Source: Bacilli bacterium (GTDB lineage: Bacteria; Bacillota_I; Bacilli_A; RF39; UBA660). Taken from it: a stretch of 64,000 nucleotides of DNA. This document shows positions 56,512 through 64,000 of this stretch, piece by piece. The position numbers and the translations under genes are program-made. The notes beneath the pieces were generated by a model, which worked only from the letters and a program-made list of their open reading frames with translations, was not told the origin of the DNA and searched no databases. The DNA is taken from positions 1,142 through 65,141 of the forward strand of contig JAFSAI010000024.1 in assembly GCA_017441065.1 (NCBI GenBank). The letters run 5' to 3'. Position 1 is the first letter of the stretch. Each line of letters starts with the position of its first letter.

Positions 56512-57404
56512 TGAGAATAAAATTTGATAATACTTATTTTCCAAAGCCAGTTTTAAATGAAAATTTAGATGATTTTAATAAAAATTCATTTAAAATTTCT
56601 TATAGTATTAAGAATTACGATAAAATTAGGCAAAAGTTAACTATAAATGTAAGTGTTGCGTTAGAAAATGAATATATTAAACGACAAATAAAAAGTGGGA
56701 AAGTTGTTCCATTGCTTCATTTAGAGCAAATTACTCAGAGACAGGTCGAACAATTATCTTTATCTGAAAGCAAAGAAGTTGAAATTGATTTGTTACAATA
56801 TGCTACAAATACTGAAATAGAAGTTATGGGTATATTGTATTGTAAAGAATCATTTGCTTTGATGGATGTAGAAAATTTAAACGATGTTTACAGAATGTTA
56901 GATAAACCAATATATTTTGGACGTGGAGATATAATTGGATATAGTAATTATATTGCCATAAAGTTGCCTGAAGATCGAAGAATAGGTAGTATTTTTAATT
57001 TAAATGGAGATAAAGATAAAATATTAAATGGAGATACATTGAAAGTTTCTTTAACAAATGATTTAATAGATATCATTTTAGAAGAAAAAGTTCATAAAAA
57101 ACTTGTAGATACTTATAGAAGTGATCCGTATGTAAAAAAATTAATTTTTTCTTCAATTGTTATTCCTGCATTAATTACAGCCTATACTGAAATGTTTAAT
57201 GATTATCCGACTTATAAAGAAAAGAAATGGTGTAAGAGTTTAGCTGATAAAATAGAAAAAGAAGAAAAATTAAAATCAGAAGAAATTTTTGTTCAATCAA
57301 ATTATGAATTAGATAAAATATATCATTATGTAAATATTGCAATGGGTGATTTATATAAAGATGCTATAGAATTTTATCATTCAAAACTGGAAGGTGATAA
57401 TTAG
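56511..57404 (+). CDS. Operon gene 4: hypothetical protein
   Basis: 297 aa. The start overlaps the previous stop (TAATG). No motif recognised. Confidence 0.65.
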   Translation: MRIKFDNTYFPKPVLNENLDDFNKNSFKISYSIKNYDKIRQKLTINVSVALENEYIKRQIKSGKVVPLLHLEQITQRQVEQLSLSESKEVEIDLLQYATNTEIEVMGILYCKESFALMDVENLNDVYRMLDKPIYFGRGDIIGYSNYIAIKLPEDRRIGSIFNLNGDKDKILNGDTLKVSLTNDLIDIILEEKVHKKLVDTYRSDPYVKKLIFSSIVIPALITAYTEMFNDYPTYKEKKWCKSLADKIEKEEKLKSEEIFVQSNYELDKIYHYVNIAMGDLYKDAIEFYHSKLEGDN

Positions 57405-57405
57405 T

Positions 57406-58143
57406 ATGGGAAAAATGTATTTGTTAAATGATAACGTGTTAGATAATTTAAAGAAATCTATTATTATTGAAAAATATAAACAAAATGCTTTTTTAGAAAA
57501 TGAATACCTTGGTAAACAATTCAGAACTTCTATAGATACTTTTATTGATATTAGTGATTTGCCCGAACTATATGTAAGGGAAAAAGATGAAGAACCCTTC
57601 TGGATTCAAGATTTAAATAATGCTATAAAACTTCATTCTGTCATAAATTCTAAAAATATTCCAATAAGATACTTGGTTGATGAAAGATTTTGGACTTATT
57701 TAACACATACTGTTTATTGGGATTATTTACAAAAAAGATGGCCAGCAGATTCTGAATCTAGAGTAAAACAAAAATGGTTTTTTGATGGTGGCAATCAAGT
57801 TTTTTCTAGACATTCTTTAGTTAGATTATGGTGGTTAGCAGAGTGCTCTTATTCAAATTATTACTCAAATCCGTATGAATTGACAAAAACAGCATTTGAA
57901 TTTCAAGATCCTTTTAATCAAGTAATTGAAAGAAAAATCAGTAAAAGTAGAAAAATATTTAGAGCTGCATTAAAGGCGTTGCATGATACTCCGGAAGCTT
58001 ATAAACTTAAAGGTGATAAAAACAGAACTAAATTTGGGAAAGCAATTAACACAATTGCTGGCGTAAAATTAATTGAAGTAATGTCAGAAGATGAAATTGT
58101 AAATATGTTTAAACAACAAATTGGATATATAATTAATGAATAA
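57406..58143 (+). CDS. Operon gene 5: hypothetical protein, Trp-rich
   Basis: 245 aa. The ATG lies 1 nt after the previous stop and is preceded by GGAAGGTGA. It has a conserved-looking core (RFWTYLTHTVYWDYLQKRWP...LVRLWWLAECSY) but no enzymatic motif. Confidence 0.65.
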   Translation: MGKMYLLNDNVLDNLKKSIIIEKYKQNAFLENEYLGKQFRTSIDTFIDISDLPELYVREKDEEPFWIQDLNNAIKLHSVINSKNIPIRYLVDERFWTYLTHTVYWDYLQKRWPADSESRVKQKWFFDGGNQVFSRHSLVRLWWLAECSYSNYYSNPYELTKTAFEFQDPFNQVIERKISKSRKIFRAALKALHDTPEAYKLKGDKNRTKFGKAINTIAGVKLIEVMSEDEIVNMFKQQIGYIINE

Positions 58144-58150
58144 AAATAAA

Positions 58151-58184
58151 GTCAAGAGTATATAAATTACGCTCTTGACTTTTA
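58151..58184 (+). terminator. Terminator of the five-gene operon
   Basis: GTCAAGAG - 13 nt - CTCTTGAC followed by TTTT. Confidence 0.55.
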
Positions 58185-58358
58185 AGGTGAATATAATAGA
58201 ATTTGTGGCTTTAAATATTATATAAGTCCAGACTATCTGGACTGTATAGCTTAAACTGATAAATATAACAACTTATAAATAGTTCTTTTATAAAATTATA
58301 ATTATCGTATTATTTGCAAAGTCATTTTTCAATGTTATAATTTCTATAGGAGGCTACT

Positions 58359-59695
58359 ATGAACATAACAGATAAAGCAAAAGAATTTGCAATCAAAGCG
58401 CATAAAGGTCAAGTAAGAAAAAGTGAACCAGAAAAACCAATGGTAATACATCCAATAAATGCTGGTGAAATATTAAAAGAATATAGTTTTGATGATAATG
58501 TTATCGCTGCAGGTTATCTTCATGATGTTGTTGAAGATACTTCATACACTAAAGAAGATATTGAAGAATTATTTGGTAGTGATATTGCATCTTTAGTAAT
58601 GGGTGCTTCAGAACCTGATAAATCTTTATCTTGGGAAGAAAGAAAAAAACATACTATTGAAAGTATTAAAGAATTAGATATGAGACATAAAGCAGTAGTA
58701 TGTGCAGATAAGATTAGTAACTTAGAAGATTTAAGAAACTTTTTTGAAAGAAATGGTGAGTATAACTTTGATGCTTTTAGAAGAGGATATAAAGAACAAA
58801 AATGGTATTATACTGGTGTATATGAAAGTTTAATAACTAATGAGGATGAAAATCATCCTATGTTTGTTAGATTAAAAGAATTAGTAGATCATATCTTTAA
58901 TGATATAAAGAATGATGAATATGTTAAGAATGTTATATTTAAAGACAATATGGAAGAATATAATAAGTTATTAAAATTACATTATCGTAAATTAGAAATA
59001 TATAAAATGAATAAATTTATAACTAATAAGAAACCATATGTAATTGAATTTACTGGAACACCTAGAACAGGTAAACAACACTTATAAATAACTTATTAGA
59101 TTTCTTTAAAAAATGTGGATTTAAAGTATCAGTAATTGAAGAATTTACTACTTCAAAAAGATATAAAAAAGATATATATCCAACATTAAAGGATAAATAT
59201 AAAAATATAGTAAATACAGAAATACCTAAATATGTATTAAAAGAATTAGAAGATACTATTAATGATAATCCAGATATTATTATAGTAGATAGATCTTTAT
59301 TCGATAGATTAATATGGGTAGATAGATTACATATAAAAAATGGTATGAGTGATGAAGAGTATAATGATTATAAAAAGTTATATATACCATTAATAAAAGA
59401 AAAAATAGATATTATAATATCTACTTATACTGATAGTATAACTTCTCTAAAAAGAGATTATAATGCTAATCTATCTTTAGAAAAAAGAAATTTCTTAAAT
59501 GAAGATAATGTTAATGAATATAATAACTCATTACTTAATATGAAAGAATTAGCAAGTAATGAAGATATTAATTTTTATTTATTTGATACTACTGATAAAA
59601 ATCAAAGAGAAATATCTTTTGAAGTTGCAGATGTAATACTTAGTGATATGAGAAGTAAGTATGTTGAAGAAATACAAAAAGAATATAGAAGTTAG
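58359..59695 (+). pseudogene. Frameshifted fusion gene: RelA/SpoT-type HD ((p)ppGpp-hydrolase-like) domain + P-loop kinase-like domain
   Basis: The HD domain shows HKGQVRKSE...IHPINAG...GYLHDVVEDT. The Walker A FTGTPRTGK is interrupted at 59073-59087. The -1 frame continues TTLINNLLDFF...IIIVDRSLFDR...(ORF 59345-59695). One extra A in the AAA run would restore GKTTL. Confidence 0.75.
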
Positions 59696-59756
59696 ATTTA
59701 AAAAATATGTGCTATAATAATTAAAGAAAAGAATTGCCATTGTTGTAGGAGTGTTT

Positions 59757-61319
59757 ATGATACATGTAAAAAAAATGGACATTAGTTTTTATTATAGACA
59801 ATCATTATATTATATAAATTATTTTTTTTATAATGATAATAATTTCAATTTTTTTATAAAAAAAATAATTAAAAACTTAAAATTATTACCTCAAAAATAT
59901 AGAAATCGATCAGATCAACAAAAGTTGCTTCCTCTAAAAAAAGAAATAATGAAACTTTTTGAATCTGAATTACTAAAATTTTCAAAAAAAGAAGTGTTAA
60001 TAAAGATTTTACCAATAATTTCTGATAAAATTTTTTTGAAAAAGCAATACAATTTTTATAGATATAATATTGACGGAACTTCAAATTTATTTTACAATGT
60101 TCAAAAAATAGAATTTGAAATTAAAGTATTAAAATTTATTTTAGAAAAAAGGCTCGCATTAAATGATGTTAATGTTAGAAAAAAAATAAAAAGGAAAGAA
60201 TTAATTGAAATTATTAGTTTGGGATCTTTTGTATACAAATTTCAAATTGTGTTAGATTTTATGTATTATGAAATGAATTTAGGCTCTGTTGAAATAGACG
60301 AAAATTATAATTTAAATATAGATTTTTGTCAAACAAATTTGAATACAAAATATTTAGAAGAAACTTATGATGCTAATGATATCATTTTAGATGATAATAT
60401 TTTAAAAGAATATATTAAATGTTTTAAATTGGATTTAGGATTTGACATTAATGATTTTACAGAAGTTTCATCATGTTTGTGTTTAGATATACCTACTAAG
60501 AACCCCTTTAAATTGAATAATAATATATTTATAATTAAAAAAAGCAAATTGATAGAATTAGTTTATAAGAAAAACCAAAGGAATTTATCATATGATACAA
60601 TAAACAACATATTAAATTACCTTATATTAAATAAAGATGAAGTCGTTGCAAATTATAGAAGAGAAGAAACAGTTAATAGAATAGATCAAAAGCCTATATT
60701 AGATTATAATGGAGTATTGTACTATTCTCCTGCAATGCTTTCAGAAATTCATCGCTATTTTATAAATGCAATATTAATATATGATTTTCCATTTAAAAAA
60801 GATTTAAAAAATATTAATAAATTGTTTGAAAAAATCAAAAAAAAGGCAGAAAAACAAATTGTATATGATACAGCAAATGTTTTAAAAAAATATATAAGCG
60901 GCCCGATATATGTTGAACGTAAATTACATCAAATAAATTCACTAATAGGAAAGTCATTTTCTGAAAGTATAGGAGATTTTGATATTTTGGCTATAGATAA
61001 TATGAAAAAAATAATTTATAATATTGAAATTAAAAATTTAAAATTATATTCTACAATTTATGAAATGTATAGGCAATATCATGGATTTTATGATAAAAAC
61101 AATTATGAAATAAAATTTAGTAGAAGAATAGATGCTTTATCAGAAAATAAAAAGAATATTTTCCCTGTGTGTTTTAATCTGAATGTTGATGAGTACCAAA
61201 TAGTAAATGTTTTTTTGACTAATAAAAGTTTTAATCCATTGTTTTCGAAAAGAAAAGATATTATATATTTGAGTTTTAATATGTTTGAAAATTATTTAAA
61301 GTTGAAAGGTAATTTATAA
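59757..61319 (+). CDS. Hypothetical protein with a C-terminal PD-(D/E)xK-like nuclease motif
   Basis: RBS AGGAG 6 nt before the ATG at 59757. The motif is GDFDILAID...IYNIEIKNLK at about 60968-61040. The rest is unassigned. Confidence 0.6.
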   Translation: MIHVKKMDISFYYRQSLYYINYFFYNDNNFNFFIKKIIKNLKLLPQKYRNRSDQQKLLPLKKEIMKLFESELLKFSKKEVLIKILPIISDKIFLKKQYNFYRYNIDGTSNLFYNVQKIEFEIKVLKFILEKRLALNDVNVRKKIKRKELIEIISLGSFVYKFQIVLDFMYYEMNLGSVEIDENYNLNIDFCQTNLNTKYLEETYDANDIILDDNILKEYIKCFKLDLGFDINDFTEVSSCLCLDIPTKNPFKLNNNIFIIKKSKLIELVYKKNQRNLSYDTINNILNYLILNKDEVVANYRREETVNRIDQKPILDYNGVLYYSPAMLSEIHRYFINAILIYDFPFKKDLKNINKLFEKIKKKAEKQIVYDTANVLKKYISGPIYVERKLHQINSLIGKSFSESIGDFDILAIDNMKKIIYNIEIKNLKLYSTIYEMYRQYHGFYDKNNYEIKFSRRIDALSENKKNIFPVCFNLNVDEYQIVNVFLTNKSFNPLFSKRKDIIYLSFNMFENYLKLKGNL

Positions 61320-61337
61320 AGCAGTTTTAAATGAAAA

Positions 61338-61363
61338 AAATACGGGGTACACCCGTATTTTTA
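61338..61363 (+). terminator. Terminator
   Basis: ATACGGGG-TACA-CCCGTAT followed by TTTT. Confidence 0.7.
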
Positions 61364-61423
61364 TATTTCTAAATATCTCCAATACTGAATACTATTATAT
61401 AAAGAAGTATTTAAGGAGAATTT

Positions 61424-62668
61424 ATGATTAAAAAAATATTATTTAGTGTGGTTTTATTAGTAGTACCCATTATAACTTTTGCTAGTGATAATACATCATT
61501 TGCAGTAGGTAATAAATTTTATGATACTTTGGAAGATGCCATATTAAATGCTAGTAGTACAGATACTATTGAATTATTTTCAAGTGCAAATTTAACTAAT
61601 CCATTAACAATAAATAAAGTTGTTAATATAGATTTAAATGGTAATAATATAACTGCACCTTCTACAGTATTTGTAGTCCAAGGTGGTACTTTAAATATTA
61701 GTGGTAAAGGAACAATAAAAGAAAATGAACCCTATAATGGTGCAATTAGAGTTATAGGTAAAACAAGTGATACCGAAGAAAAATATAGCTCGTTAAATGT
61801 AGGAAAAGATGTAACATTAGAAGGATGGTCAGGAATATTTATAACTCATACTTCTAATAAATCACATGGAGTATATGTAAATTTTGACGGTAGCATTAAT
61901 GCTTTAGATGATAAAGATGGCTCTAATGGAGCGGGACTATATGTTAATGGAAGTATACAACATGTTGAATCATCACCAATTATCAACATTACAGATAATG
62001 CTAAAATAACTTCAACTGGAACCGGTATTTATATTGCAGGTTATTCAACATTTAATATAGGAAATGCCTACATAGAAGGTAATCTTTCCGGAATCGGTAT
62101 TAAAAGTGGAAAACTTAATATAGATGGTGCTACTGTAGTATGTAATGGTAAAGATAGTACACCAACTGAGGGATATAATAATGGAATGAATGCATCAGGA
62201 ACTGCAATACAAATAGAATCAAATAGTGGTTATGCCGGTAATATGGTTTTAAATATTTCTTCTGGTACCATAAAAAGTAAAAATAGTAGTGTTATTTATG
62301 AATATATTGGAAAAGGAGATAGTACAGAAGTTAAATCTATAAGTATAACTGGAGGTACTTTTACTAGTGAAGCAGGAAAAAATGTATTCTTATTATCTAA
62401 TTCATTTAAAGATACCCACCAAAATTTTATAAGTGGTGGTAAATTTTCATCTAATCCTACCGATTTTTTAAAATCAGGATATACAGCAAATTTAGAAAAT
62501 AATTATTATGATATATCTAAAAGTGCTATGGCGGTATTTGGAACTAACTCAAATAGCAATAATACATTTAATGTATTAACAATTTTACTTTTAATAGTAT
62601 TTGGAATAATTATATATTTTAATAGATTAAAAATAGTGAATGTATTTAAAAAACTATTTAATATATAA
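61424..62668 (+). CDS. Secreted, C-terminally anchored protein with parallel beta-helix-like repeats
   Basis: Signal peptide MIKKILFSVVLLVVPIITFA, Gly/Asn/Ser/Thr-rich turns recurring at roughly 20-25-aa intervals, and a C-terminal TM (VLTILLLIVFGIIIYF). Confidence 0.65.
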   Translation: MIKKILFSVVLLVVPIITFASDNTSFAVGNKFYDTLEDAILNASSTDTIELFSSANLTNPLTINKVVNIDLNGNNITAPSTVFVVQGGTLNISGKGTIKENEPYNGAIRVIGKTSDTEEKYSSLNVGKDVTLEGWSGIFITHTSNKSHGVYVNFDGSINALDDKDGSNGAGLYVNGSIQHVESSPIINITDNAKITSTGTGIYIAGYSTFNIGNAYIEGNLSGIGIKSGKLNIDGATVVCNGKDSTPTEGYNNGMNASGTAIQIESNSGYAGNMVLNISSGTIKSKNSSVIYEYIGKGDSTEVKSISITGGTFTSEAGKNVFLLSNSFKDTHQNFISGGKFSSNPTDFLKSGYTANLENNYYDISKSAMAVFGTNSNSNNTFNVLTILLLIVFGIIIYFNRLKIVNVFKKLFNI

Positions 62669-62773
62669 TGTATCCTACCGCAAACGGTATAATAGGTACG
62701 AGTTATAAATATTCGTACTTTTTAATTTGTATATGTTATAATTTAGATATATTTTAGAAAGTAGTGAAGCAGT

Positions 62774-64000
62774 ATGGCAAAATATAAATGTATAATATGT
62801 GGACATATATATGATGAAGATAAAGAAGAAATTAAATTTGAAGATTTACCTGATACTTGGGTATGTCCAAAATGCATGGTACCAAAATCAATGTTTAGAT
62901 TAGTTGAAGATGAAGAAATAATTGAAACAGAGGAAAATGCTATTGATTATAATAATGCAATTAAAATATCAGAAGATAATATTTGTATAAAAAGAATATC
63001 AGAAAAATGCATTAACTGTGGAGTATGTACCAATACTTGTGCCGAACGTGAAGGAATAATAGATTTATGTGAAGGAAAAGCCTGTGTTAACTGTGGACAA
63101 TGTATTCAAAAATGTCCTACTGGCGCACTAGTACCTAAATCTGATATTGAAAAATTTGAGACAGCACTTAATAATGGGAAAATTTGTATTGCTTATACAG
63201 CTCCATCAGTAAGAGTAGCTTTAGGTGATGCTTTTGATATGTCTCATGGTGAATTTGTTCAAGGAAAATTAGTTTCAGCCTTAAGAAGTATAGGTTTTAA
63301 ATATGTATTAGATGTTACCTTTGGGGCAGACCTAACAATAATGGAAGAAGCAAATGAATTAGTTGAAAGAATCAAAAATGATGGAAAACTTCCAATGTTT
63401 ACTAGTTGTTGTCCTGCTTGGATAAAGTATGCTGAAATGTTTTATCCAGAAATACTAGAACATATTTCTAATTGTAAAAGTCCAATTGGAATGCAAGGAG
63501 AAATAGTGCATAATTACTTTACTAAAAAGATGAATTTGAATAAGGAAGATATATTCACAGTAGCGATTACACCATGTACTGCTAAAAAATATGAAGTAGC
63601 AAGAGAAGAAATTGGCGGTACTGATTGTGTACTAACTACAAGAGAATTAATTGAAATGTTAAAAAATAAAAATATTGATATTAAAAATTTAGAAGATAGT
63701 AATTATGATTCTCTATTAGGTGAAGGTAGTGGCGCTGGTATGATTTTTGGAAATACTGGTGGTGTTATGGAAGCAGCATTACGGGAAGCTTACTATATCT
63801 TAACTGGTAATTATTTAGAAGCTATAGAATTCAATGAAGTAAGAGGTCTAGATAATGTAAAAGAAGCATTTGTTACAATTGATGATATTGTATTAAATAT
63901 TGCTATCGTTAATGGAATGAGTTATGCCAAACCATTACTTGAAGATGTTAAAAATGGTGTATCTAAATACCATTATATAGAAATAATGAATTGCTATGGT
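62774..64000 (+). CDS. [FeFe]-hydrogenase with an N-terminal rubredoxin domain (3' end outside the window; absent from the ORF track)
   Basis: The rubredoxin domain is YKCIICGHIYDE...WVCPKCMVPKSMF. Two 4Fe-4S motifs follow (CINCGVCTNTC, CVNCGQCIQKCP). H-cluster motifs are FTSCCPAW, TPCTAKKYE, FGNTGGVMEAALR and EIMNCYG at the window edge. The frame is open for all 409 codons. Confidence 0.9.
   Translation, partial: MAKYKCIICGHIYDEDKEEIKFEDLPDTWVCPKCMVPKSMFRLVEDEEIIETEENAIDYNNAIKISEDNICIKRISEKCINCGVCTNTCAEREGIIDLCEGKACVNCGQCIQKCPTGALVPKSDIEKFETALNNGKICIAYTAPSVRVALGDAFDMSHGEFVQGKLVSALRSIGFKYVLDVTFGADLTIMEEANELVERIKNDGKLPMFTSCCPAWIKYAEMFYPEILEHISNCKSPIGMQGEIVHNYFTKKMNLNKEDIFTVAITPCTAKKYEVAREEIGGTDCVLTTRELIEMLKNKNIDIKNLEDSNYDSLLGEGSGAGMIFGNTGGVMEAALREAYYILTGNYLEAIEFNEVRGLDNVKEAFVTIDDIVLNIAIVNGMSYAKPLLEDVKNGVSKYHYIEIMNCYG

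Noticed and set aside
52176-58143. Assignment of the five-gene operon to the Mza system, or to paraMORC, BREX or DISARM-type systems.
   Set aside because: From memory those systems require Z1/AIPR, helicase, PglZ, methylase or phospholipase-D-type partners. I see no P-loop, helicase, PglZ or nuclease motifs in these five proteins. The match cannot be claimed without profile searches.
824-60547. Many 60-150-aa ORFs in the track lie antisense to or inside strong genes. Examples are 824-1006, 2357-2617, 6599-6997, 8519-8839, 12216-12458, 14706-14954, 16804-18462 (four ORFs), 21001-21240, 23783-24079, 25083-25498, 28224-28460, 29361-29891, 30340-30540, 37580-37873, 40134-40388, 42643-42837, 48594-48806, 50636-50824, 51245-51796, 52579-54264, 54648-54950, 56190-56393 and 59579-60547.
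   Set aside because: Each overlaps a longer ORF on the opposite strand that has clear family motifs or a good RBS. Their compositions (Ser/Leu/Ile/Phe-rich) are typical shadow frames of AT-rich coding DNA. No RBS support was seen.
42315-61319. Intact prophage or ICE.
   Set aside because: There are no capsid, tail, terminase, portal, lysis, relaxase, T4SS or replication genes. The only recombinase is truncated. The region is better described as a decayed island.

Overview
This is an AT-rich chromosomal segment from a low-GC, anaerobic, probably spore-forming Firmicute (Clostridia- or Erysipelotrichia-like). It uses the standard code 11: tRNA-Trp carries anticodon CCA and TGA serves as a stop codon.

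Positions 1 to about 41.3 kb are ordinary core genome. They hold tsaB(partial)-rimI-tsaD, tmRNA, LysM and membrane proteins, an M29 aminopeptidase, tRNA-Cys, an ABC ATPase/permease fusion, an SDR, a SipW-type signal peptidase and rubrerythrin. Next come a T-box-controlled pheST, a TetR regulator, rplKAJL and rpsL-rpsG-fusA-tuf (no rpoBC between them). The remainder is a nucleoside hydrolase, an APH-like kinase, an amidase with 4 LysM repeats, HD/NUDIX/XRE genes, tRNA-Trp, a SleB/CwlJ-like hydrolase, recG and a DUF1846 protein.

Positions about 42.3 to 61.3 kb look like a decayed integrative island full of conflict-type genes:
- an HNH protein
- a KAP P-loop NTPase + PnuC cassette bounded by a repeated hairpin module and AGATACT repeat arrays
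- a Fic protein plus a 520-aa orphan
- a 5'-truncated tyrosine recombinase
- a type II m5C restriction-modification pair (HNH-type nuclease, HTH-fused methylase)
- a five-gene operon at 52176-58143
- a frameshifted HD/P-loop fusion
- a 520-aa protein with a PD-(D/E)xK-like motif

The five-gene operon is my best candidate for an undescribed defence system. It is tightly translationally coupled and diverges from the methylase. Its only recognisable parts are a GHKL (MORC/Hsp90/sacsin-like) ATPase and a 730-aa protein carrying two RNA-polymerase alpha-CTD-like modules plus a sigma-70 region-4-like HTH.

The window ends inside a rubredoxin-fused [FeFe]-hydrogenase gene that is absent from the ORF track. 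All family assignments rest on motifs read by eye. No database search was possible.
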